In this document: in pieces, positions 51,221-64,000 of the stretch | Position numbering within the stretch: position 1 is the first letter of the stretch | Layout of the letters: each line of letters starts with the position of its first letter | Assembly: GCA_964016885.1 (NCBI GenBank) | Contig: OZ024746.1 | Location: 67,022,001-67,086,000, forward strand | DNA length: 64,000 bases | DNA from: Eledone cirrhosa | Lineage: Eukaryota | Direction: 5' to 3' | Program-made: the position numbers and the translations under genes | The notes under the pieces: model-generated | The model's input: only the letters and a program-made list of their open reading frames with translations | Databases searched by the model: none | Told to the model about the DNA's origin: nothing

Positions 51221-53666
51221 TGAATTTTATTGAACGTAAAAGTAAGTTCTTCTCAAAATGTTCTTCTTCGTAAATGTCGAATTCAATAGAAAATATATTC
51301 AACCACTAGGAAATTAAATCTCCGCAGATATGTTCCGGAGAATCAGATAGAACGTGAATTCTATGTAAGACCTTTTAAAAGTCTTTTTACATGAAGATTT
51401 GCCTGTAATAATTGCTGTCTCTTTGTTAAATCCTCTGTGTAAAAATTGGAAACTTTTCCATGGAAAATTACAAATGCATCTGTGTCCGTGCTTTTATACT
51501 TTTTTTATTATCACAGAAATGTATCCTTTCTTTTAAAGGCAATCGATCATGATTGCAAATTTAGCTAAACGTAACGGTTCCACAAAATCTATATCTCGTA
51601 TCTGCGAGGTATTGGTTTCTTGCTTTCTTTTTATTATTACCCTCAAAGCAATAAGCTTCATATAATCAGACGATGTGTTAAGTTAAACATATACATCATC
51701 ATTTGGGTAACTTTGGTGCAAAGTATTGCCAAAAGGACATTCACAAAAAATCTTCGTAGGAACTCACAAGTCAGCAAAATGTTTTCTGTGAAGTAAGCAG
51801 GATTTTCGAACACATACATATATTTTGAAATTAAATTTAAAGCGAAATAAAGATGTATCCGAATTTTACGCGTCTTACTCGCCTCAGGTATATTCATATT
51901 CGTAGGAAAATTGATTTGACCATTCCATATTTCTATTTCTAAATTAATCCTATTGTCTGTGAAATAGGTTCAGAGAAACCTGTGTGAAGCCTTTGGATAA
52001 ACGGAATATTTGATTCGGGGTGACAGTCAGTGTTATTCACTAATTCTTCTTGCTGGTTAGTTGAGAGTACAATCATTTGGAATACTCAAACACTTACATT
52101 GTAATTGAATATCATTTAAACAAATGGAATATTCTTTTGTTGAAACCGGTGAGAGGGGTTTTAGTAATGATTTAGACACACGCGACACAATAACAACAGG
52201 CTTGTCCGAGGAGAGTTGTAACATTTGTTATTATTTTACAAACTATCAATCCCAGCAGTTGATAAGCAAACATAACAACTGAAATGAGACTAGGTCTTTA
52301 AACATTAACTTATGTAGACATAAAAAAGCTATTTATGTATTAGTTGAAGGGAACAGTCTGATAAAACATTGAGAGTTTGTTGTGTGATTTTCAAAAGAAG
52401 TCTGGTTTCATGATATTTGATGAAACAATGAGTGGCATCAACGATACATGGTCAGAAAAGTGTCTTCTACAGTGAGTTTGATCTCAATACAATTCAATAA
52501 TATATTTAGACTTATAGAACATATCACATTATATTGCAATTAATAGACTGTATGACTGTTAGTATATGCCTGCGTGCCTGTAAATGTGTGTGTGCATGTA
52601 CAGTTATGTTTGTTTTCTGGTTTAGTCAGACATAGAGAGCGAAATACACGAGTGTTGTCTAATATATAAGAACCTGGGGTAAAAGAACGAAGAAAATCAC
52701 AGTTCAAAGTTTGCCACAGGAAGAAAGACTGCATCAAGTCATCGAATAATCATTAGATGGAGTATCTGGTCCAAATGATTGCAAAGGAATGGACACTAGT
52801 GTAGATAAACTGCAAACAAGATGTAGTGTTAAATAGAGGAATGCATCAGGTATTCAACCATGGTCAGGAATAGGCAAGTCTAGGCGCATTCGAACAGTTT
52901 TTTATCTACCCAAATTAACTCACTAGATCACATGAACTGCTTTCGAATGCATTACACAGTAGGTTCGAATACAACCTATGTGATATTTTCTCAGGTTCTG
53001 TCTGTGTGTGTGTGCGTGCGAGGAAGGGGTCCGTTGGAGTGCGTAAAATCCTATCAATTTATAAAAAAACGTATATTTATTTCTCAAATTTCTTTTTGTT
53101 TCCTATTGCTAAATTGCAATTTATACGTTCCTATTATTCTTCATTTTATTTATATATTTGATCAAATTAGATTAGTTGGAATTGAAGTAAAATTTCTTCC
53201 ACGGGGCAGAGTAATTACATTTAGACCGGCTCTGTTAAATGTTACTGCAGTATTTTCCTTCTACACCCTCATCGCCACAATCACAACGCAAACACCACCG
53301 CCGCTACCATCACCATCACCACCACTACAACTACAACAATAACATCGCGGTCATCATAATCAGAAACTATCAGCAGCAAATGTAATATAAAATTTGAACA
53401 AAACCATACAACACCCCCCTCCAACAACAGCACAAACAAAAACAGCACCTTGAAACCATCAAAACAAAAACCGAAAACAAATATATAAAGAAATAGATAA
53501 AAAGGGGGTAACATGAATCACAAGAGATAAATAAGATTGCATTGTGACTATTGACTTTTATGAAACAGAAATCTCACAAAGAAAAGAAAATATAAGAAAG
53601 TGAGATGTAGTTGGCAATTGAAATTGTTCAATAAATTGAAATTGGAAACTTGACGACTTAATTCTA

Positions 53667-53694
53667 CTTCTACTACCACCTCCACCACCACCTT

Positions 53695-53768
<74 letters not shown>

Positions 53769-53790
53769 TTACTACTACTACTACTACTCT
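53667..53790. repeat. (ACT)n tract
   Basis: Direct observation. Confidence 0.95.
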
Positions 53791-54426
53791 ACCTGAGGCT
53801 ATGTAGTATTTAGGGACACCGACAGTTAACTATTAATGTAATAGATACGTGAAAAACACGTACGCTTGAACAAATGCACGTACGATGGGAGAGGAACTCA
53901 CAAAGATTCTGATTAAAAGCTACATATGTTGTGTGTATGTGTGCGTCTATGTGTATTTGCATGCGTGTATAAGAGAGTATCTGTGCGTGTAAATATGTGT
54001 ACCTGTGTTTAGGCATGTTAGCGTTAGAGTGGGTATATGTCTAGAAAACATTCTACGCGGACAATCGTTTCTTATCATACATTCCTTCTGCGTAGAGTTT
54101 TTGTAGGAATACTGGAATAGGTTACATTATTTTTTCGTTTTATATGCCGTGTATTATTGCCCATATATATAAGTCCTGCCAAATATATTCAAACTTACAT
54201 TCAAAGAGTTCAGACAGACATAAAATATAATGATGTAACCATTTATATTATATGTATGGTTACCAGATTATTTTGTGTGTCTGTCTGAATTCTCTCAATT
54301 TACATTTGAATATATCTCTACCTCTCGGTATATCCATATGGGTATATAGGCAGTTTTTGTGTTTCTGCTTCTTTTTTTATGCTTACACATACACACACGC
54401 ACCCACCGCCACCACACACACACACA

Positions 54427-54516
<90 letters not shown>

Positions 54517-54517
54517 A

Positions 54518-54630
54518 ATAATTGTTTCTAGATTTGGCACAAGGCCAGCAATTACCAGTCCATTACTTGTACTTTATTTTATCGACCCCGTAAGGATGAA
54601 GAGCAAAGTTAACTTCGGCGGGATTTGAAG
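54518..54630 (-). mobile_element. 5'-truncated SINE S1
   Basis: Reverse complement of the S1 core and 3' end. Confidence 0.82.
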
Positions 54631-54834
54631 TGAGTAAAATCGAAGTTGCAGCTACGACAGCACCTCTCGAAAGAACAATCCTCAGAAGCTTGCACGAGCA
54701 CTGGATAAGATGATATCGGCAAAATGATAAGTTAAATCTTAGAGTGATAAACATACGTTAAAGGTGTGACAAATTGGTAAAGAATGCCATAACAGCCACT
54801 ACAACAATGAAAATACAAACAGGTTTATACAAAC

Positions 54835-54872
<38 letters not shown>

Positions 54873-55360
54873 TTAAAGATTAATTAGTCTCTAATACATA
54901 AACGTCTCAATGAAAGAAATCTCTTCTTCCCCATACAAAACCAAGTTAGCGAGATCCATGCATAGATGAAGTTGGATAGAATATTTGTTTTGTCTATCTT
55001 GTTTATACTCACAGATTTAGAGGGTTTTCTCCTTTCATTTTTAATATACATATATAAGATTATATTTTAGATCCATTCTTCTTCTCAACAAGTAAGATGA
55101 ACAAACCTGTCTCAACACTTAATTTTAAATCTTTAATTTTCAAATCTTTTAATTCTTTTTAATTGTAATACACAACATTTGATGAAATGAATTTCACTGC
55201 TACATCGAAACTGGTTATATTTGATATATTTTATATACATTATGAAACTCTTTTTTAAAAAGAACTGTCCCTCTATTTTTTCAATAATGTCATTTTGACG
55301 AATCAAAAAAGAAAAGCAAATCCTTATATATATTTTCCGTGCTATTTCCAATCCCCCCCC

Positions 55361-55404
<44 letters not shown>

Positions 55405-55647
55405 GCACGACACGAGTGGGCTAGCTTAAATATGTGTAGATGTATGTGTGATATTGTTCAATCCAATATTTGGTAAACCAGGCCACACCGACATTCCAAT
55501 AAACAATCGTATAGGTTAACTCTCATAGATCGACACTGCAGCAGAGTCTGAGTCAAACATAATCCGCCACATAAAGCCGCATACAGAGCACATAAAGAGC
55601 ACACACATGCCTGTATATATGATATATATGTATGTATGTGTGTGTGT

Positions 55648-55698
<51 letters not shown>

Positions 55699-56140
55699 AC
55701 TTATAGGTTATATATGTTATATATACATACATACATAAATACATAAACACATACATACATTCATACATATATTCATACAACCATAAATACATAGTCGTTG
55801 TGTATTTAAGTATTTATTTGTGATTGTTACGTTTACACGATCTTAATCAATAAATTATGCTTTAAGCAGAATTAAGCATCCCACGTCGGTAGTATGCTAC
55901 ATGGGTGCACACAGATATGGACGTGTGTGTATCTCTTTGGGCCATATAGACAACCTTATTAATTTTCCGTTATAGACTTTATGTATAACTATTTTCATGT
56001 AACTCCCTGATGAAGACATGGCGGCTGGTGTTATTGCCACTGCGTTACTATCATACAATGTGTTCACTTTGCGGAGATATCTGAATGACATGTAAAAGAT
56101 GTATTTATATAATTACACAAATATGGCGTAACGTTTATTC

Positions 56141-56200
<60 letters not shown>

Positions 56201-57249
56201 GAATAAACGTGTATATATGTGTGTGTGTGTGTGTGTCTGTATTTATATATATATGTGTGTGTGTGTGTCTGTGTGTCTCTGCGTGCAGCGTGTTTGTATG
56301 CGTACGTGTATGTGAGTATATAAATATATACACATATATATATGTGTGTGTGTGTGTGTATGTGTGCGTGTAAGTGTGTGTGGGTGTGTGTGTGTATGGA
56401 AACCAAAGTTCACTTTTGCTGATCCTAGAATGTAAAGATCCAGAACAAATACCACAACGTCGTTTTATCCGATGATCTACCAATTATTCCAATCAACAAC
56501 GTTTCTGTTTGCAGATATAATATGAATAACAACGTAATTTAATATGCATCATTTTAACTATACTTGAATTATATTTCCCAAAGATAAAACAACATTATGT
56601 CTCATACAGACTCCTCGAAAGGACAAAAAAACCCAGTAGTTAGAGCGGTATAAATTAATATCACGTTTTCTAAACTTACTAAACACACTTCAATCTAGTA
56701 ACCTGGAGCGCAATTGATTTTTTGGAAACTGGAGTCTTGTTAATCTTGGAGCCTTCTTAGATAAGAGCGATAGTTAAAACTAATTCTATGTTAATCTTAA
56801 AATATTTCATTTATTTGTATGCTTCTCTTGGGACTAATTTGACCGTAGCGTTGGTTGAAATCAATTGTATCCGTTGGCAATTATACACGTGGAAGTTTTG
56901 CGAATTGAAGAAAACATTTTGTTTGGAGTTGCAAAAATCGATTTCAACTTCGAACTTTATTTAAATGATAATCAAAATTATTTCTATTTTTCATTTAATT
57001 TCTATTTTATTTATTTATAGTTTTCATTAGATGCTAAAAGGTCACACATGTTAGATTAACTGATTCAATCGAACGCTTGTTATTTTTGTCAACCCCGTAG
57101 GGATATAAGTCGAAGTGGAACAAGGAAGAGTTTGAATTAATGATATAGAACAAATACCACTAACATTTTCTTGAAATAAAATATTTATTTCAAGCACGGA
57201 TTTTGGTGGATGACATGTATGTGTTTCTATGCATGTATGTGTACATATG

Positions 57250-57700
57250 TGGAGACACGTGGCCAAGTGGTAAGGGTGTTGGACTTACCATCATAATTGT
57301 TTCTACTTTTGGCACAAGGCCAGCAATTATCTCAGTGCATTACTGGTATTTTATTTTGTCGACCCGTAAGAATAAAAGGCAAAGTTAACCTCGGCGGGAT
57401 TTGAACTCAGATCATAAAGGGAGGTAACTCTATGCTTCAAAGCATGGCGTCCGACCCTCCAACGATACTGCCAATCCACCACGATCATAATGTCGTAGGG
57501 TTGGATCCTGGGTGGCGTGTTGTGTTCTTGAGCAAAATATTTCATTTCACGTTGCTCCAGTATGCTCAGCTGAAAAAGAGTACAAGCAATAGCTAGGTGT
57601 TTAATCCTGCGATTGACTGGCGTCCTGTCCAAGAGGTAGTCTTATACTCTCAGTCGCTTCGCGCCATAAAACCTGATGACCCTTCTAGCTTAAGACAGAC
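57250..57700 (+). mobile_element. SINE S2 interrupted by a nested antisense SINE S1 (57298-57480)
   Basis: The S2 head ggagacacgtggccaagtgg resumes after the insert. TSD accatcataat/acgatcataat at 57287-57297 and 57481-57491. Confidence 0.8.
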
Positions 57701-57988
57701 TTTAGTCTTATTTAGATCTGTACATATATAAATATGTGTGTGTGCGAAAAGTAAACAGAAGCGTCTGAGCAAAAAACAGAATACAATGAAGAAATATTTT
57801 AGTTTAACGCTTGATATAGTAGGAATAGAAACATAATGTTTCGGACATTAGTGTGAGTGAGTGTGTATGTCTGCCTGTGAAATAACCGTAACTTAGTGAA
57901 TCAAGTTTGCACTTTTTAACTTCTGATACAGGACTTACTAAGAACCCATAAATGTGTGTTCCTTGCATAATACCGACAGTGATGCATT

Positions 57989-60536
57989 TTTAACAGGTAT
58001 TGGTTATAGAGTAGTCGCCACTTTAACAGGGTAGATGATTGAAGGTCGTTAGTTGCCAGTGTGGTAAGTGATAGTATCCTCGTTGGATTATCTTGTTGAC
58101 ATAGACGTGAGGGAAGGTCCCTCGATCTATTTACCATCTATTTACAATATTCCTTTCGTCAGGTCGCCAATTCCAGCAGCAGGGATTATAGATGTTATTG
58201 AGACACGAGTAACATAACAATTTCAACAGCAGTAATTAGAGATGAAATGTATGTTTATTTATATGGTTGAAGTTACAGATAAAAAGAGGTTAGAAAAGGG
58301 AATGTGCCATTGCGCCGTTAAGCCGGCGAGGCTAGGGGTGCAAATCTCTCCGTTACATTATGCGTGTTGCTGGCTTGAAGTTTCCGGTACAAGAGAGAGA
58401 TTCTTCAAATCTTCGCGGGGAATTTCTTCCTCAGGGCGCGCAGGGATACATCCTCTTCTACTGGCGCTGATTGGCTGAACTGAGCCAAATCACGCACAGA
58501 GAATGTATGTGAGCCCGCGGAATATAGGTCACTACATCACCTCCAACCAGATTTTCAGCCGAAAATCGATAACGAAGAAACCAAGGACCCACATATTATT
58601 GAATCATCAGCAAGAACAAATGCTGAAAGAGCACATCAGTGAAAAAATAATTGAGCAGAAAGATTCATGCAAGAACAAAAAATAAATTAGGCGCGACGGG
58701 CCGTGTTGAGCCGCTGTCAAATGACTAGCTGTTTTGTAGTTTAAACGAGACCCTCAAGGGCCTACCAGAAAACAGATAAAGTCTGACATGGGCGAAGTTG
58801 CTGTTCTTGCATTAAATGTTAATGGTAAGCGTTGTACCAGTAGCTGTGAACGAAGCTATTATGGTAGTTTACCAGTGCTGGCTAGAAAATGATGCCCCCC
58901 CCCCCCCCAGATGTATTGTCGAATGTGCTGTGGAGCCAGCAAAAGATTGCTGGTTGCTTTGTAAAGAAAAAAAAGCAAGTTTAATCTGTAGGTGGGTTGC
59001 AGTGTAAATTTCATAATTGGGGCGAATCCACAGAAGTGGCTGAAATATTGACAAGTCCAGTTCAATTTGTTGCCTTCCCAGCGAGTCGGGCAAAAACAAC
59101 AAGACGGATGGCCGTCATGGACGATCAGTGTGCAACGAGATGCGAAGCTGTTTGAGTTCAGTTGCAATTAGAATTCTCGTGTTGCGGTGCCTGTTTGAAT
59201 CCAGTGGATTAAGCTCTGTGAGCTGCTAGCATGTGACAGCATCTCAACCAGGTGAAAAGGGACTCGCAGAATATTACGTTTGAAGAACATATACCAAGAA
59301 CAACATGTTGGTGTGTGATAAAAAAAATGTGTGCATATGCAGGCATGTAAAACAGCAAAGAATGTGAATGAACAAAAACCATGAGCAAACAAATAGCAAA
59401 AGAGCACAAAACAAGCAAATGCATTCTACAAAGAAATATGTGAATGTAACAAACTGATAATTCAAAGTCAATCTAAGGGAGCAGAGAAATTGCTCAATAA
59501 GTTCAAAGTTTTTCAAAGTCAAATAGTTCACACATCACCAGTGTACAGACACTAGTTCTATCTGAAAACTGAAAAAGAAGTTTGTTAATGCCGTTAGGGA
59601 TTAGATGTATTCTCGAGTCCCTGTGGTAACGAGACAGAAGGTATGGTGGCTGCGTCGGTAAAGTTACAAGCCGTTTTGAAATTTCCGATGTGTGGTGGTT
59701 TGCGTCGGTAAGGCTATGAAGCTGCCACTCACTGTTCCCTGTTTTGGTCAGTGGCTAAACAATGTTGTCGCTGCTGCTGCTGTCTTTGTTGATCGAAGAC
59801 AGGACTTGTCGGTAGCCATTTTGAAATTTCTCCGTGGCGAAAAGTTTTTGAAATACTGCTAATTTTTCAAAAATCTTAAAAGGAATATTTTTTATTTTCG
59901 CAAGTTGCGAAAAGGTTGGAAACGTGGCAATAAAAGTTCAACTGAATGAAAAAGAAGGGCTGCGTAAAATTCTTACGTCGGTCACCACTTTAACAGGTAT
60001 TGGTTATAGAGTAGTCGCCACTTTAACAGGGTAGATGATTGAAGGTCGTTAATTGCCAGTGTGGTAAGTGATAGTATCCTCGTTGGATTATCTTGTTGAC
60101 ATAGACGTGAGGGAAGGTCCCTCGATCTATTTACCATCTATTTACAATATTCCTTTCGTCAGGTCGCCAATTCCAGCAGCAGGGATTATAGATGTTATTG
60201 AGACACGAGTAACATAACAATTTCAACAGCAGTAATTAGAGATGAAATGTATGTTTATTTATATGGTTGAAGTTACAGATAAAAAGAGGTTAGAAAAGGG
60301 AATGTGCCATTGCGCCGTTAGGCCGGCGAGGCTAGGGGTGCAAATCTCTCCGTTACATTATGCGTGTTGCTGGCTTGAAGTTTCCGGTACAAGAGAGAGA
60401 TTCTTCAAATCTTCGCGGGGAATTTCTTCCTCAGGGCGCGCAGGGATACATCCTCTTCTACTGGCGCTGATTGGCTGAACTGAGCCAAATCACGCACAGA
60501 GAATGTATGTGAGCCCGCGGAATGTAGGTCACTACA
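57989..60536 (-). mobile_element. Non-autonomous LTR retroelement (Gypsy-like), 2548 bp
   Basis: 548-bp LTRs at 57989-58536 and 59989-60536 (three mismatches seen by eye). 4-bp TSD catt at 57985-57988 and 60537-60540. PBS tggtgacc--gacgt resembles the tRNA-Trp PBS, and the PPT is ggttggaggtga. The internal region has no intact ORF. Confidence 0.9.
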
Positions 60537-61035
60537 CATTCTCGACAACAACCAGATGGAAAGGCATTCGGCTAAGTTCAAATTCTCTCAAGCACACCCT
60601 ACAACCCTTGACCCACAGAAGGACACACTCTACCATTAACTCTACTCTAATGGTCTGTTCTCTCGAGATTGTTTGTCTCATGCAGCATCCTATCAGACGT
60701 CATACCATGCGGCCTCCTATCAGGTCTCTTATTAGACTGCTATCACGCACTAATCTTATTCGGATTTCATTCTGCCTTTATATATAAGAATTTATATATA
60801 AGAATTTCAACAAGCTCAAACCACACACTAACCACTATGCCAGAGACATCAGTTTGTTTTAAAAGTCAACGATTGTTTACGTATTTCCGAAAAGTATAAT
60901 CGTACTATTTCAGTCGAACAACAACGTCATTAGAAAAGTACATTTATACGCACATGTACACATGGAATCACACACGCAGGCAAACACGTAGACATACACA
61001 CATACACAAACTCTTTGAAATGTACATTACATAAT

Positions 61036-61251
61036 TGTTTCTTATACAGGCACAAGGCCTGCAATTTTGGGGGAGTGGAAAGTCGATTAAGTCGACCCCA
61101 GTGCGTGACTGGTACTTTATTTTATCGACCGCGCAAGGATGAAAGGCAAAGTTAACCTCGGCGGGATTTGGACTCAGATCATAGGGCGGTAACTCTATGC
61201 TGCAAAGCATGGCGTCCGAACCTCAACCGATACTGCCAATCCACCGCCCTA
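61036..61251 (-). mobile_element. SINE S1 (long-tail variant) with 18-bp TSD
   Basis: TSD aaatgtacattacataat at 61018-61035 and 61252-61269. Confidence 0.9.
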
Positions 61252-61786
61252 AAATGTACATTACATAATGATAAAATAAATTGAATGATGCGTTTCATTT
61301 GTTCACAGTATATATATATAAGCATAGTATATATATATATAAGCAAGTGTGTGTATTTACGTATATCATTACACAAATACATCCATAGATACGTACATAC
61401 ATAAATACATATATACATGCATACATACATATTGCATACATACACACTCTCACAAATATATATATATATATATACTTATATATATATACATATATATTAT
61501 AAAAATAAGAGAGAGACGGTATTCACGTATATATTATTTCTCAGATCAATGTCTTTGATAATTTCCATTAATTGGTTTATTAATTGGTTGATATTAGTTG
61601 TATTAATAGATTTAGACGTATTGCGACCACACTACTACAGCGATATGAGTTTAGGCTGTTCTGACATTTATTTTAGTTAACATTGATTCAGGTAGTGTGT
61701 GACAGGTACACAACGCATCTTCTGGTAGTGTGATTTCGTAAATCTATTAGTAGAAGTATACACACACATAGACGCACACACACTCA

Positions 61787-61863
<77 letters not shown>

Positions 61864-62020
61864 AAGTTTTATTTAAATTGTTGGGTTACAACGAGTAAAT
61901 ATTTATAACTGATATAAAAGCACTCAACAAGTATTTGGAGTATATTTACGATATTAAATAAATCGAAGTTGAAGTTGTAAGGTATGTCAAATCTATCTAT
62001 TTATAAGACTGTTTATATTG

Positions 62021-62086
62021 TATTTTGTCTGATGAAGGCATACCATATTTTTAATATGATATCCCTGAAATATATATAATGAAATA
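62021..62086 (+). ncRNA. Hammerhead-like motif with a long stem II (PLE-type)
   Basis: TATTTTGT-CTGATGA-AGGCATACCATATT-TTT-AATATGATATCCCT-GAAA-TATATATA-ATGAAATA. Confidence 0.55.
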
Positions 62087-62126
62087 AATATGGTTTTATA
62101 AATATAGTTTCCATTTATTTAATATC

Positions 62127-62178
<52 letters not shown>

Positions 62179-62183
<5 letters not shown>

Positions 62184-62279
62184 GAGAGTAAAACAAAGAA
62201 GCCTTCAATACATCAAAAGTCTTTATTAGCCGACAAGACTTTTGATGTATTGAAGGCTTCTTTGTTTTACTCCCTTAAT
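62179..62279. repeat. About 100-bp hairpin palindrome
   Basis: Arms of about 45 bp with one mismatch and an 11-nt loop (tattagccgac). Confidence 0.92.
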
Positions 62280-62376
62280 TTTTCGGCTCTGTTTAACTAC
62301 ATTGAGCTATACCTGTCACTGTCATTTCTATAATACGAAGAGGGTGTTTAACTCCAACACACTCCAGTATTTTAAC

Positions 62377-62478
<102 letters not shown>

Positions 62479-62574
62479 TATATGTATATATATATAACAA
62501 AGGAATTGTGGTAAGGAACCAGATGGACCATAACGCAACAGAGTACTCAATACTTAGGGTAGTAGAAGGGGGAA

Positions 62575-62688
62575 ATAGGAAAAAAGTATGACCCCGACGG
62601 CAGAGCTCAAGCCGTTTCGACGGCTATTTCTGCACTCAGAAATAGCCGTCGAAACGGCTTGAGCTCTGCCGTCGGGGTCATACTTTTT

Positions 62689-62693
<5 letters not shown>
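62575..62693. repeat. About 119-bp near-perfect GC-rich palindrome
   Basis: Arms of about 57 bp with a 4-nt loop (cact, 62633-62636). Confidence 0.95.
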
Positions 62694-62759
<66 letters not shown>

Positions 62760-62927
62760 AAAAAGATTCAGGACCCCGGCGGCTGAGCTGCGGCCGTTTG
62801 AACAGCTTGATCCGGCAGGACATCAGCCGTTGGGGTACTGATCTTTTCATATCACCCACTCTAATATGGCACGCATCGAGTACTTTGGTCGGTTATGATC
62901 CACCTAGTATATTACCACACCCTCTCT

Positions 62928-62962
<35 letters not shown>

Positions 62963-63194
62963 ATGTGTGTGAGTGTGTGTGTGTGTGTGTGTAGGTGTGT
63001 GTGTTGGTTGCTACTCGATTTCGAGTAATACCATCGCTTAATACTTAACTATGAGTATCACGGACGTGACATTTTAGTCCTTCTAGGGAAAGGACGTGCC
63101 TATGGCCAGCCATGACATGCATCGCAATAAATGAAACATATGAAGCTGTGATTGAAGCTTTCTTAAGGGAGGAAAGGCTTTCCACGGATCTGGC

Positions 63195-64000
<806 letters not shown>

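Noticed and set aside
58242-60478. Duplicated 78-aa ORF (58242 and 60242)
   Set aside because: It lies inside the two LTRs on the antisense strand. The duplication is explained by the LTRs.

Overview
AT-rich, microsatellite-dense eukaryotic DNA with no host protein-coding gene I can support. The SINE and microsatellite make-up suggests a cephalopod such as octopus (inference). The window is a patchwork of retroelements. (1) Three L1/Tx1-clade LINE copies sit in (ATT)n tracts: two are head-to-tail at 7230-15612 (+) and one is a chimeric composite at 21703-27000 (-). All keep their 5' ends but are internally deleted. (2) About a dozen copies of a tRNA-headed SINE have a 3' end resembling the Tx1 3' end, and all eight readable TSDs begin with ATTA. 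(3) Penelope-like (PLE) fragments carry minimal type I hammerhead ribozyme motifs and fold-back palindromes. (4) Also present: an R4/Dong-like RLE LINE remnant, RTE-derived pieces in (TATG)n, a Gypsy RNaseH-integrase fragment, a young 2548-bp non-autonomous LTR element with non-canonical TG...AA ends, a fossil hAT transposase, and a terminal tandem array. The best candidate for an undescribed system is an (ATT)n-targeting Tx1 LINE/SINE partnership that regenerates its own target and builds tandem arrays. All calls come from manual reading; no database search was run.
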